Assembly: GCA_964016885.1 (NCBI GenBank) | Contig: OZ024750.1 | Coordinates: 30,752,001 to 30,816,000, forward strand | Length of the DNA: 64,000 nt | Direction of reading: 5' to 3' | DNA from: Eledone cirrhosa | Lineage: Eukaryota | Part shown: positions 1 through 13,800 of the stretch, one piece after another | Numbering within the stretch: the first letter of the stretch is position 1 | Layout: every line of letters starts with the position of its first letter | Notes under the pieces: model-generated | Seen by the model: the letters and a program-made list of their open reading frames with translations, nothing else | What the model was told of the DNA's origin: nothing | The model's database searches: none | Translations under genes and position numbers: made by a program

Positions 1-560
1 TTCATGTACCTTGGCAGTATCCTGAACAACAGTGGTGACATTGAGCTGGATATCAACTGCAGGATTGGAAAGGCAGCCATGGTGTTGCAATGGATGCACG
101 TGATCTGGTGAAACGCAATCATCAGCACATACATCAAGCTGCACTATGCACCAGCATTGTGCTTCCCACAATCATCTACAGCTGTGTATGGAAACATGGA
201 AATGCACTGTCAAAACACTTTCCATCAAATGTGCCTGCATAAGATTCTAAAGGTCACCTGGTGAGATCAGGTTAGCAGTGAAGAGATCCTGCACTGCACA
301 GAGCAGGGTCATGTACACTGCAGGAGATCATCATGGAGTATTGGTTCCATTTTGTGGGTCACATTCTGCATCTCCCAGAACATCACCCTCTAAAACGGTG
401 ATGATGTGGACTCCCCCGAAGGCATGCAGAAAAGAGGCCGACTGAAGATGACCTGGCAGTGGACATTCCAAAGCAACCTACAAACCATCAACATCACCTG
501 GAACTGATGTCAACATGCAGCTGTTGACTGGCAGCATATGAGATGATGGAACAAGCTGGA
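1..560 (+). mobile_element. Degenerate RTE-type LINE, RT C-terminal region
   Basis: FMYLGSILNNSGDIELDINCRIGKA.. (YLG motif), later GHIL and KRGRLKMTW, with stops and frameshifts. Confidence 0.8.
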
Positions 561-829
561 CTAAAAGCCAATTTATGAGCTAATGTATGTATGTATGGAC
601 CCGTATCACCTCAGGTTGTAATGGGGGTACTATAATGATATAAAGTGTTTCTAGGGAATTTTAAAACCTAGCAGAAACCATCTATTCTCCAGGCTATAAT
701 AAAGTGTGCCCAGTAAATGCTGTAAAATGGCTTGCATTAGGAAGGACATCCAGACCTAGAAACCAAACCAAAAATAGAATGTATGAGCAAGATTTGGTCA
801 TTTGCCTGGTCTAGCCTGAGAATGTGACA

Positions 830-1750
830 ACAAGTTAAATTGCTAGTCACATAGTAATGATATTTTTATATATAACAACAAAATAAATTGGTAGTCACAT
901 GCTACAATATTTATATATAATAACAAGTTAAATTGTTAGTCACATATGATATTTTTTTTTATATAACAACAAAATAAATTACTCGTCAACCCATGGAAAA
1001 GCAGATGAGTAAACAATGATAATGATATTTTTATATATAACAACAAGCTAAACTGCTAGTCACATGAGAAGAATATAGTATTTTTATATATATATCAACA
1101 AAATAAATTGCTAGTCTCATGATATGATATTATTATATATAACAACAAGTTAAATTGGTAGTCAAATTATGATATTTATATATAACATCAAGCTAAATTG
1201 CTAGTCACATTTAATGATATATATATATAACAACAAGCTAAACTGTTAGTCACATTACATAATATATATATAATATCAAGCTAAATTGCTAGTGATATTA
1301 TATGATATATGTATAACAACAAGCTAAATTGCTAGTCACATTATATGATATATATATATATATAACAACAAGCTAAATTGCTAGTCACATTATATAATAT
1401 ATATATAACAAGCTAAATTGCTAGTCACATTATATGATATATATATAACTGTTTCTACTTTAGGCACAAGGCCAGCAATTACCCAGTGCATTACTGGTAC
1501 TTTTATTTTATTGACCCCGTAAGGATGAAAGGCAAAGTCAACCTTGGCGGGATTTGAACTCAGATCGTAAAGGGACATAACTATGCTGGAAAGCATGGCG
1601 TCCGACCCTCTACTGATACTGCCAATCCACATATAACAACAAGCTAAATTGCTAGTCACATTATATGATATATATATAACATCAAGCTAAATTGCTAGTC
1701 ACGTTATATGATATATATATATAACAACAAGCTAAATTGCTAGTCACATG
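830..1750. repeat. Degenerate ~40-45 bp minisatellite (tataacaacaagctaaattgctagtcacattatatga), interrupted by a SINE
   Basis: About 17 visible copies. Confidence 0.85.
1450..1630 (-). mobile_element. tRNA-derived SINE, family A
   Basis: Reverse complement of the 6966-7150 copy. Confidence 0.85.
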
Positions 1751-1922
1751 AGAATAATATAATTATATATCTAAAACAACACTATTGATGTTATACAAAC
1801 AAATCTAAGGTAACATCCCACAAAATGTATTCATTGACATGTCACATTATCAATCCCAGAAAGATAACAAACAAAGATGGCTTCAGCAGGATTTGAATCG
1901 GTCATTTCAAATCCTGCTGATG

Positions 1923-2383
1923 CCATCTTTGTTTGTTATCTTTCTAGGATTGATAAAGTAGCAGTCTAAGGAAATAGACTGATAGAAGCCATCTTTGTTT
2001 GTTATCTTTCTAGGATTGATAAAGTAGCAGTCTAAGGAAATAGACTGATAGAAGCCATCTTTGTTTGTTATCTTTCTAGGATTGATAAAGTAGCAGTCTA
2101 AGGAAATAGACTGATAGAAGCCCTCTTTGTTTGTTATCTTTCTAGGATTGATAAAGTAGCAGTCTAAGGAAATAGACTGATAGAAGCCATCTTTGTTTGT
2201 TATCTTTCTAGGATTGATAAAGTAGCAGTCTAAGGAAATAGACTGATAGAAGCCCTCTTTGTTTGTTATCTTTCTAGGATTGATAAAGTAGCAGTCTAAG
2301 GAAATAGACTGATAGAAGCCATCTTTGTTTGTTATCTTTCTAGGATTGATAAAGTAGCAGTCTAAGGAAATAGACTGATAGAA
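1923..2383. repeat. 66-bp tandem repeat, about 7 copies
   Basis: Unit gccatctttgtttgttatctttctaggattgataaagtagcagtctaaggaaatagactgatagaa. Confidence 0.95.
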
Positions 2384-2772
2384 ACATTAAAGTGTTGGAC
2401 AGAAATTATTGTCGCATTTGTTCTGGCTCTTTACATTCTGAGTTCAAATCCCTCTTTGGCTTACTTATGTGATAGACTTAATCCGTTACCTGGTTTAACA
2501 CTACCATTAGCACTAGACTTACCTATAAGGTAAATAAACTATAGCTTAGAGCCACTCACTCTCAGAGGCCTTTTAAAATATACTTTTATTTAATAATTTG
2601 TTTTTATTCTTTAACACTAAATCATTAGAAATTATATGGCAACATTGAGGACCGAGTAAGTTAGATTACCGATATAAAAGACACAGAAGCGAGAAGCGAA
2701 AACCAACCAAACAGTGAGTATGTTCTGTTATTAATTCTGGCAATATTACACAAATATGACCCTCCCCAAGTA

Positions 2773-2807
<35 letters not shown>

Positions 2808-2809
<2 letters not shown>

Positions 2810-3237
2810 TTATACTTTGGGTGGGTCATGTTGCCAATAAGAAACACACGCACCAGTTGCTTTTACTTCAATTTATTATAATAAATTTATAAATTTAGGA
2901 ATTTATAAATTTCCGGTTGGTTGGTTGGTTCCACAACCAGATGATTGTTTATATATTGTCAAACTAAGCACACAACACACACAAAAACAAGATGGCGTAG
3001 GACAGAACAAAGGAGAGGCACAAAAACAAAGAAAAGAATCCCCAGTCACTGAAGAGGTCACAGAATGTGTGGCGAAAGAACTTTGACAATATATGAACAA
3101 TCATCTGGTTGTGGAACCAACCAACCAACCGGAAATTTATAAATTCCTAAATTTATAAATTTATTATAATAAATTGAAGTGAAAGCAACTGGTGCGTGTG
3201 TTTCTTATTGGCAACATGACCCTCCCAAAGTATAACA
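2808..3237. repeat. Long inverted repeat / foldback element (~155-bp arms)
   Basis: 2808-2963 is nearly the reverse complement of 3082-3237; adjacent to (TA)n. Confidence 0.9.
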
Positions 3238-4512
3238 ATATCGGTTTCAACACACATTTTCAGATAAAGAATCTTGCTAAACAAATTCAGAAACGAAATA
3301 TATATATATATATAAACATATGATATATATATATTATTTATTCTTCAATAACATTAATATAAAAATCAATAATCATTTATAATTATTTCAATTTTTTTTA
3401 CTCAAATTCTTTGAAAGAAGAGCCTCAAATTTTATATAGCTTAGGGCCTCAGCAGGTGAAAGTCCATTTCTGACCACCATCTAGACTTTGTTTGCCTTTA
3501 GTAAAGTCGACTCTATTGAAAGTATTTGGGCTAGATCACTAATTTGTGGATACCTTTCTCTCCCTCTCATACCAGACTTGAAAGCCCATGAAAAGGGTCA
3601 TGGGCACTGCCCTTCCCCCAACTGACTAAACAAAAAAAAAATGTCTATTCGCTGGGTGAGGGAATTTAACTTGAGAACACAGCTTCAGTTATCTAAGACA
3701 AAGTTTTGTTTATCATTCATTTTGAAGTCTATAATGAGTTTCCAAATTTGTGTTCTAATATTAACCTATGTGTATTGCAACTAAGAAAATAGAAGACAAT
3801 TAACTTCAAGATCGAAATAAAACCCTACTGATAGCAAATAGTATATAAATGAAGACATGTATCTAATTTATATACTAACATTATGTCTATTATTATTGTT
3901 ATTATTTCTATTATTATTGTTATTATTTTTCAAGTGTGGTAGATGGAAGAATTGTTAGAGAAAATGCATAGTGGTCTTTAATTTATGTGCCATGATGTTC
4001 TTTGTTAAAATTCTGTCTTAATCTTTTCAGAGTTGATAAAATAAGTACCAGTTAAATAATAGGATATCATATTGATGTCACATCAAAATACACTTAGTCC
4101 ACTCTGTAACGTGGTAGTACACAACAAAACACCCAGTAACTGTACCAATGCTATGATAAATCATATCTAGTACACTCTGTAATGTGGCAGTGCTGGTGTC
4201 ATGATAAATCCCACCCAGTACACTCTGTAATGTGGCAGTACTGGTGTCATGATAAATCATACCTAGTACACTCTGTAAAGTGACACACCCAGATTATTCT
4301 GTAAGGTGTTGGTGCTGATGTCAATAAAAAAAACCCAGTTAATATTGTAACATGGTTGGAGTTAGGAAAGACATCTGTAGAAACCAAACCAAAATATAGA
4401 TCCATTTAAGCAAGACATGGACTTCAGACCTGACTTTCTCATAATGTGACAATCCATCTAACCCATGCAAGAGTGGAAAAATAGACATTAAATGATGATG
4501 AATTCACTTACT

Positions 4513-4817
4513 TTATAAACAAAGGTTACATTCGCAGCTACACACGTCAGGGTAATACATCACTGTTTCATGTTGTTCAGCTCCACACAGAGCGATAACT
4601 TCTTTAACTTTGGATGTCCTACTCTGACAGCACTTACAGTGGTTGTCGAATATCTCATTGTAGCTATCGTATTTCTTCCTTGAGAGCAGCTTTGGCATAG
4701 AAATGCTACCACCACATTTACCAGAACAATATGATATTTTCACTTTTTCAACTGAACGGCAATTACTAGTTTTGTTTTCCAGAAACAGGAATTTTGACTT
4801 CAATGTACATTGTATTT
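4513..4817 (-). CDS. Terminal exon: C-terminal cystine knot (CTCK)
   Basis: ttcAG acceptor, phase 1. [36 protein letters not shown] matches the VWF/mucin CTCK pattern (CxGxC, CxCC, CxCxxC). Confidence 0.93.
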
Positions 4818-7800
4818 CTGAAAGTTTGAAAATAAGATTTTTTTTAGTTCAACATTTGCATACAGAAAAGTTCACAGAACACCTTAAAATCTTTAGCATT
4901 TACCTTACTCTATATTTACTATTGTATTTTCATGGTAAAGGCTTTACCTCACACAATTATCTCACATAATATCGAATCTATGAGATTTTGATGTTATTTA
5001 TTTTGAGAACAATACCTTAACATCAGTATGAGTGGCTGGTTACAGCCGGTTTGAACGGAAAAAAGGGGAAAGAATTCTGGCCGGATATGGCTGGTTTAAA
5101 TACTAAAGGGTTAATAACATTCATGTCTACATAAATTCATAAAATATGAATGCAGTAAATGAAATTTAGAAGATATTTGAAATTTGAAAAATATTGAAGT
5201 TAAAGTAAAAGTTTAAAAGCTGAGATTAAAATTTAAAAGCAAACAAACAAACTGAAGAACGTTTTATTTCTTCATTAGTGTGGTGTTCTTCTGAAGATCA
5301 TTGTGCATCTATATATAAATTTCTGCGATTCTGTCACAACATGTAAAGAGAGAGAGAGTAGTTTGAGCACCTCATACTACTCCCCTCTCTTTACGTCTGC
5401 TGATTGCGTGAATGTACGTGTGTGTAAAAGAAAGGAAGGGGTGGTGGTGAAAAACTATAGCAAAACAGCGGCTGGCATTCCATTTGTTATGCTGTGCATG
5501 TGTGTATGAATGTATGTGTGTGTGTTTGTGTGAATGTATGTCAGTGTGTCAGTTTGCACATTTATATTTATATACACATACATATAAATGTATCCATATG
5601 CACATACACACACACACATATACACACTTATACACACATATACACATACACATCAGCGTGTTGAAAAAGATCCTAGTTCTGAATAATTTTGTAATAAACT
5701 TTCTATATTTACCTTCTTTCTTTCGACAAACAGGACAGCATGGATCAGACTCCAAGTAAAATAAGGCTTCATTCTATATTACAAATGGAAAACAGTTTAA
5801 TCATTGTTCTAATTACTGTTTTACTTAATACTAACATTATCTTATGTGAAGGAACGTGGCCTTGGGGTTAGGGTCACAATTGTAAGGTCGGAAGTTTGAT
5901 TCCTGGTGGCACATTGTGTCCTTCAGTAAGACACTTTATTTCACTATTTCACTTTGTTCCAGTCCACTCAACTGGTCAAAATGAGTTGAACTTGTAAGTC
6001 GAAGGGTCAGCCTTATCACTTTCTGTGTCATGCTGAATCTCCCTGAGAATTATGTTAAGGGTACGTATGTCAGTGGAATGCTCAGCCACTTCGACTTTAA
6101 TTTCACGAGATGGCTGTTCCATTGATCATATCAACTAGAACATGTCTTCTTACCCAACAGACGACAGAGTGCCAGCATTTAATATTATCTTATATGTTGT
6201 TTCTGTTCTCTAAATCATGAGTTATAGTAAGTTATAAGGAACTTTGTGATGTTAGCAATAACATTAACATTAAAAATAATAATTTGAAGTTAAAAGACAG
6301 TTGATCTAGTCCACATCACTGGGATTTTATGTAATCAACTCCAAAAGGATGTGAAACCAAGTTGGTCATAATTGGCTGTTTCTTTCACTTGCAACATGTA
6401 GCTAATATTGGTCTCTTTCTCTTTCATTACTATCTCCTTGGTTGCCATGTTGTCTCTGATTTCTTTCTCATCCACAGCAGATAAATCTATTATACACTTT
6501 TATTATACACTTGATTTTTTCACCCACTTATTCTGTTTCTTCTTCAGTCATTTGCTCTGTCTTCTAGTTCCTCTATTGATTATGTTGCCTTGAATGAATG
6601 GAGACAATGTTGAACAGTAAGTACTCTTTAGTCTTGTAAGATTCAAGGCTAGTCATAAAATCCTTCATATTGGCCTGGGGAACTATAATAAACAAAGGTA
6701 GGGGACTGAAGACTGAGCCTTGATGCACACATACTTATACAATAACTCCTTCATTGAACTCATTGCCAACTATCACTTTAATGAGGGTATATCCATACAT
6801 CGCTAGTACTGCTCTTACAAGCCATTCATCTACCCTAGTTTTCCTAAACTACACCTGATATTCCCCTTCATACACACACACGCGTGTGTGAGTGTGTGTA
6901 TATATATCATGACTCATACACTGTTCACTTTCCTGATATCTGTACATTATTCTATGTACTATATCGGGCGGTGGATTGGCAGTATCGGTAGAGGGTCGGA
7001 CGCCATGCTTTCCAGCATAGTTACGTCCCTTTACGATCTGAGTTCAAATCCCGCCGAGGTTGACTTTGCCTTTCATCCTTACGGGGTCGATAAAATAAAG
7101 TACCAGTAATGCACTGGGTATTTGCTGGCCTTGTGCCTAAAGTAGAAACAATTATTCTATGTACTATATATGCACCTTTGATGAGTTGTAGTGCACCTGA
7201 GCACTATACACAATGATTTTCATTATTAATCAAAGACCACCCAAACTATTAAATAAAATTGATCCTAGATACAGTTTCAAATAAATGAAAATTTATATAT
7301 GTTTTGAACTTACACTTTTACAAGAAGGTGTTTTACAAATTGGGTGACATTTTATTTTGCCTCCAATGCATTCACATTTGGAACAGTTATTCTTTGGATC
7401 CATCCACATTTCATTATCCTAAGAAATAAATTAGATTGAGTTATATGACAACCAGGATTATACAGGGTGGGCCGTAACTCACACACCAAAGCATTAAAAA
7501 CAATCTAGTATACAAATACATCATCATCATCATCAGGTCGAGCTTGCTCAGCTTTCTATGAGACGTTTCCTCCATCCATCTCTGTCTCTCATAGCGTTTG
7601 CCAGTTCTTCCGCAGTGCATCCAGTATCGTCCTCAAGTTGCTTGACGTATGTCTTCTTGGGACGACCAGCGTTTCTTGCTCCATGAGATGGACTCCATAA
7701 CAACACATCACCTGCTATTTCTTCCTTGCTGCACCAACAGTGGCCAGCAAATCTGAGTCTCTGTCCACGTATTGACCTGCTGATAGGTGGTATATTGCCA

Positions 7801-10800
7801 TAGAGATCCTTATTTGAGACCCAAGAGTAATTAATATTCCAGTTCTTTTCAGATATATGTTTGAATATATAGAATATATTATCTGTCATGTTTCCAAAAT
7901 CATTCTTTGTTTTAAATTAACCAAACATAAAAAAAAAATAAAATTTAAAAGAAAAATTCTTGATATCTTTAAGTAAATGCAATTTTTATATGAAATAAAT
8001 CTCTCTTAGACTTGCCTTTTTCAAAAGACCACGAACATTACAAGTTACTTTGCAAAGTTTTCCTGGTACACATTTTCCTTTTGAATTTCTGAAGAAGTTC
8101 TTTTTACACTTGCAACCATTCTGTGGTGCTTGACAAAAGGTATTATTCAGAGATGCAAACATTTCCTTGCATGTGAGGTCACATACACCCTCTTTTGAGT
8201 ATACTTCGTTTTTATCGCATGCTAAAATTAAAATATTTTTTTATTTAAAAAAAGACAAACAGCATAGAGCATCACAATTACTAAAAGAAAAAAAAAATTC
8301 TGTTGTTGATAGGAGTGAAGACTTAAAAAACGTTTCAGTAAAGAAGTTTAAAAGATGAAACATTAATCCTTGTCTCCTTCAACAGCAAAAACCTCAATGA
8401 CTGCAAATATCAGGACAAACATTTAACATCACTCCCACTAAACATGAACAGCAAGTAACTAGAACTTTTATGATTGCTTCAAATGTTAACTTTCCACAAC
8501 ACTAAACATCATCCCTGTTGAACACTTATCACCATTAAATATTAACTTTCATCAACAGTGAACACTCATTATCATCAAATGTTAACTTTCCTCAACAGTG
8601 AACATCATCTCTGGTGAACACTGATCATCATCAAATGTTTACCTTCCATAACAGTGAACACTGATCATCATAAAATGTTAACTTTCCTCACTGGTGAACA
8701 TTTAACAAATGTTTATCTTCCACAACAGTGAACATGTCAGTGGTCTCTATCCTTCATACTGCACAGAAAGACGCTGTATAAAGGATAAAGGCCTGTCTAG
8801 GTATTGTGACCTGTCTAGGTATTGATGATGTTTGACTAGAATTTTCTTTGCTCCTTTTTCACACTTCCACAACTGTATCCATCTTTTCACTGTCATGAGC
8901 GTTTCATATTTGTTGACTTGATTTAATATAGAACAACTTCTTACAGTATGGATGCCAATGGTCAGCCATACTTGGATATGAGATAGGTGTTACCAGTCAA
9001 TTAATTTACAGAGCTATTAAATACTGAATTGGCAGAGTTGTTAGAATGCTGGATAGAATGCTTTGCCATATTCGTTCCAGCTCTCTGAGTTCAAATCCCA
9101 CCAATGTCAACTTTGCTTTATAGACTTATGGACTAGCACTCTCATTCTTTTTCTGTCTCTTGCTATTGCTGTACATTCTGCCAAACCCCTCAATATCATC
9201 TGTCGATCTCCTTTTCTACTGTCCCCTGGCCCTTTTGCCTTGTATTTGTCCCTCAAGAATGTGGGTAGTCAAAATTTGGGCCCTGATGACATGACCAAAA
9301 TCCTATTCACACACAATAACTGAGAGTATAGAGAAACACACGTGAATGTTTACTTACAGCATTTTTGTGCAGTGCAGGTTCTTTCTTCTATTTGTTTCTT
9401 ACAACCACGTTTCTTGTATTTTCTCCTAAAGACCTTAAATGTTCTTTTGCTGACACCTCTGTTACACTTACCCTTACATTTTGACCATTTTGTCCACCGT
9501 CCACATCTCACTACAATGAAAGAAATAGATTAGGAAACAGATACATATAAAACAGCAAGACAATCAAATATAGTGGAACCTCAGTCCATGAACTTAATTC
9601 ATTACTGAAGGCTATTCATCACCAAAAATGTTCATAAACCGAAACTATTTTCCCCATAGGAAATGTTGAGAGAGAAATACTGTGATAGAGAGATTGTATG
9701 TGAAAGACAGATAGATATCACAATAGTAACTAACTACACAGCAAGTGACACTTCCCCACTGATACTCTAAGCTTGTTGCCAACCGCTATTGTTGTCAGCT
9801 TGTGCATTTATTACTTGAGACACCGTTCATGAACCAAGATGTTTATGTTCTGAAAAATTGTTCATGGACCGAGGTTCTATGCTATGTGGTTTTGTTTAAG
9901 AAGTTCTGTTCAGGATTCATTTTGAATAGCAATGGCATAAAGATAATTTGATACTTGAGAAATGTCCACAAGATAGTTGAAACCAACTTGCTCTGAACCA
10001 CCTCTGGATCTATGAAACTAAATCACTAATTTTAAATGGTTCCTATTTAACTTGAAATCTTCCAACATAATTTGATTAAAGGACCCTGTATTAAGTCATG
10101 TTGCAAATAGCATCTTAGTGAAATAGATAATAATTTTAGTAAATACTTCAAAATTTATCATTAATTTATTCAAATACAGTTAATTAACAAAAGGGTTAAT
10201 TTTGTCTCTCATAATCATCAAGGGAATAAGAATCAGATGGAATGAGGAACACATGACATTCAGAAGGAGAATATGGAAAATAAAGCTCTTCTCTGTTCAG
10301 AAAAGTGATGCATATGGCGAAAGGGAGGAGGAAATAGATACATATGACATAAAGGAAAGAGTCAAATAAGATGAGTTGCAGTTTAGCTTTATGCCAGCAA
10401 GGAGTACCATGTAGGCCTTCTTCATAATGAGATAACTTGAAAAGTAGTTCTTATCTATGAATAGGTCACTATACCTGCTTTTTGTTAACCTGGAAAAAGC
10501 CTTAGATACAAGGCTAGCATGGAAAAGTATACATAATAAGTGATGTTATAGTAATTGTAGTTTATGTTTTGTTACATTACTTAAAATTTCATTTCTTTCT
10601 AAGTTAGTGTTTTAAGACATTAAATGATTGAGCTGTTCTACCAGTTCCATTTTTCTGGAGAACTTGAAATACTCTTCACAATAATTGATCTAGGAAATTT
10701 AATTATCATCATTACCATCATCTCTGTTGTGCATCTCTTTTCCATGCTTGCATCGCTTAGATGGATTGTCATTTCCAGAACCTAGACAGGTCAGGCAACC

Positions 10801-13800
10801 ATGTATTGCTCATACATTCCATTCAGGCATGGTTTCAACTGCTGTATGCCCTTCTTAATGCCAACCACTAAATAGTGTGCAACAAATGTGTTTGATCGTA
10901 GCACAGCCACTAACATTTGACAAGTTATACTGACTGCTTTTTTTTAATAGATGTGTTAAAAAAATAGTCATGAAGAAATTAAAGATTGTTAAATTTTACC
11001 TCCACAAGTCCCGTTGCAAGTTCGTCTGCTAATATCAACTGGTATTTTACAAGAGGAGTATTTAGTTTGAACACGTTTCCTTTTTTGCAAACCTGTACCA
11101 CATTTCTTATTGCATGTTGACCACATTGACCATTCCTTATAATTACAGCCTGTAACAATACAAAAAACATGTATCTCCTTTCAAATAAAGGAATATTAAC
11201 TCTTAACATCCTGTACCACATGAAACTTCATTAGAAAGATATTCTTCAAAAGTACAAAACAGCACCATGACTGTACTGCTTTAATAATCGTAGTCTTTAC
11301 TTGAATTTAGTGTAAATATTCACAATGATCTGTCCACCAGTAAAGATACTATGAACCTTTGAATTAACAAACCCATTTTTGATATTTTCAGCTAAATCAT
11401 TACAGGATGTTAAGAATTCAATTGCATATATTATTATTTCTATTTTTGGTACAAGGCCAGCAATTACCTCAGTTCATTACTGTTGCTTTATTTTATCGAT
11501 CCTGTAAGGATGAAAGGCAAAGTTAACCTTTGCGGGATTTGAATTCAGAATGTAAAGGGCCATAACTCTATGCTGCAAAGCATGGTGTCTGTTGTTCTAG
11601 TGATACTGCCAATCCACCGCCCTTGCAGATATAATGATATTGAATGTGTTTAGTGTATATGATCAAGACTCTCGAGAGCAATTTTTCATTTCATCCATCC
11701 TGCCTACTCTCAGTATAGCAAATACTAGAACTTATAAACACCAGATTAATAATTGTTTCTACCTTTGGCACAAGGCCAGCAATTATCCAGTGTATTACTG
11801 GTACTTCATTTTATCGACCCTGTAAGGATGAAAGGCAAAGTTAACCTCGCCAGGATTTGAACTCAGACCATAAAAGGCCGTAACTCTTTGCTGCAAAGCA
11901 TGGTGTCTGACCCTCTATCGATACTGCCAATCCACTGGCCTTTAATCCACACCAGATTAATAATGGTTTCTGATTTAAGCACAAGGCCAATAATTTGGCA
12001 GTGCTCACCTCTCCAAGTATTCGGTTCCTCACTAAGTTTAGTCTGCCAGCAGAAGCAGTTAATAGGGTGTGGTTGAAAAATATCCCAGAGTCAGAGTCAA
12101 AAGTAAGAACCAATGTACCCGTCCATCCATAAGGATGACAGTGCAAGATATCAAGGTATTTTCTCTACCAAAATAGTCAGTCCAGTTTTGAGATAACATT
12201 GCTTTAAACCCTGGATAACACTATGGTTGGTTTTGAAATAATATTTCTTCAAATCACTTCACTCTATTTTCAAAGGAGTATTATATAATGCTATGTCCAA
12301 TATTGAAATAACATTTCATCATCAAATAGTTTGCTGCATTTTGAAAGAGAGACTTGGTAATGGTACTTTCAGTTTTGAAATAATGCTTCTTTAAAAAAAG
12401 AGCTGCCACTTAAATTGTAAACAACTTCATGTTGGAAGGGATTATATCAGACTTAACTAGGCACAGTCGCAATATATCTGAAACATTTAATCTGTGGATT
12501 ACACCTAAATATTTCATTGATTACCAAGATGTATATTATAAGTCTGTTGTATTGGAGTTGATTTCAGTTACACCAGAAGTAAAAAGGAGAAATATTGTGG
12601 ATGTATCAGTTCTGTTGAGAAAGAACATGTAACCTGATACAAGAGATTCGGTAATCAGCAGTGATATTAAAGTTACTGAAACTGGCATTCTTTGAACAAT
12701 ATAAATAAAAACAAAGCACGTAATTGAAATGTTGAAGGAAAATATGAAAGAAGTTTAAACCTTTAGCATTTACCTTACTCTATATTTACTAAGGACAGAC
12801 ACTGGTCTGTTGGAGACGCAGAACATGGCAGCGATAATGAGGGACAGAGACCGCTGGAGAGAACTTGTCCATGGATCTCGGGAATTTTACCCGCCTTAGA
12901 TAGATAGATATATTTACTATTGTATTTTTTACAGTAAAGGCTTTATCTCACACAATATTGAATCTATGAGATTTTGATATTACTTATTTTGAGAACAATA
13001 CCTTAATGCCGGTATGAATGGCCGGTTATGGCCAGTTTGAACAGAAAGAGGTTGAGAGAATTCTAGCCAGATACAGCTAGTTTAAATGCGAAAGGGTTAA
13101 GTCTTATGTGATAAATGGTAGTTTAGAAATATTGGAGATTTGTATATCATAAAATAGATTTCAAATACAAATAGTATCAGATATATACTTACACTTCCTC
13201 TTTATTTTACAATTTTCATAATCAACTGAATTTCCTTTACATATTTTCCCACCACAGCGAGGTAATGGATTTGAGCAAGTACGAGTTCTTGTTCTGATTC
13301 CTCCAGGCTGACATGAACGGCTGCAAGAGCCCCACTCAGACCAACTTGCCCATTTTCCATCAGCTAGTGAAAAAAAAGTTTAACATAATTTAGGTTTATA
13401 TTTAATTGAAATATTAATTGTTTCTACTTTTGGCACAAGGCCAACAATTATCCCAGTGCATTACTGGTACTTTATTTTATCGACCCAGTAAGGATGAAAG
13501 GCAAAGTTAACCTCGGCAGGATTTGAACCCAGATCATAAAGGGAGGTAACTATGCTTCAAAGCATGGTGTCCGACCCTCTACCGATACTGCCAATCCACC
13601 ACCCTTTAATTGAAATATTAATATCAATTGGATGGGTTGTTACAGTCTGAGACCAGATAAGTCATCATCAACCCCTTCTTGCTTATATGTCCCATATTTG
13701 ACATAGTTTCTATGGCTGGATGCTCTTCCTAATGCCAACCAGCTTACAGGGTGTCCATGGCACCATGACTATCACTTTACAGAGTGTACTGGTTTTGTTT

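Noticed and set aside
1923-2383. CRISPR-like appearance of regular repeats (also 38710-39150)
   Set aside because: No unique spacers, no cas genes, eukaryotic context.
3150-4000. Polyadenylation signal for the gene
   Set aside because: Several AATAAA/ATTAAA candidates in AT-rich DNA; cannot choose without 3'-end data.
6966-7060. tRNA gene
   Set aside because: A and B boxes belong to a multi-copy SINE head with TSD; no cloverleaf.
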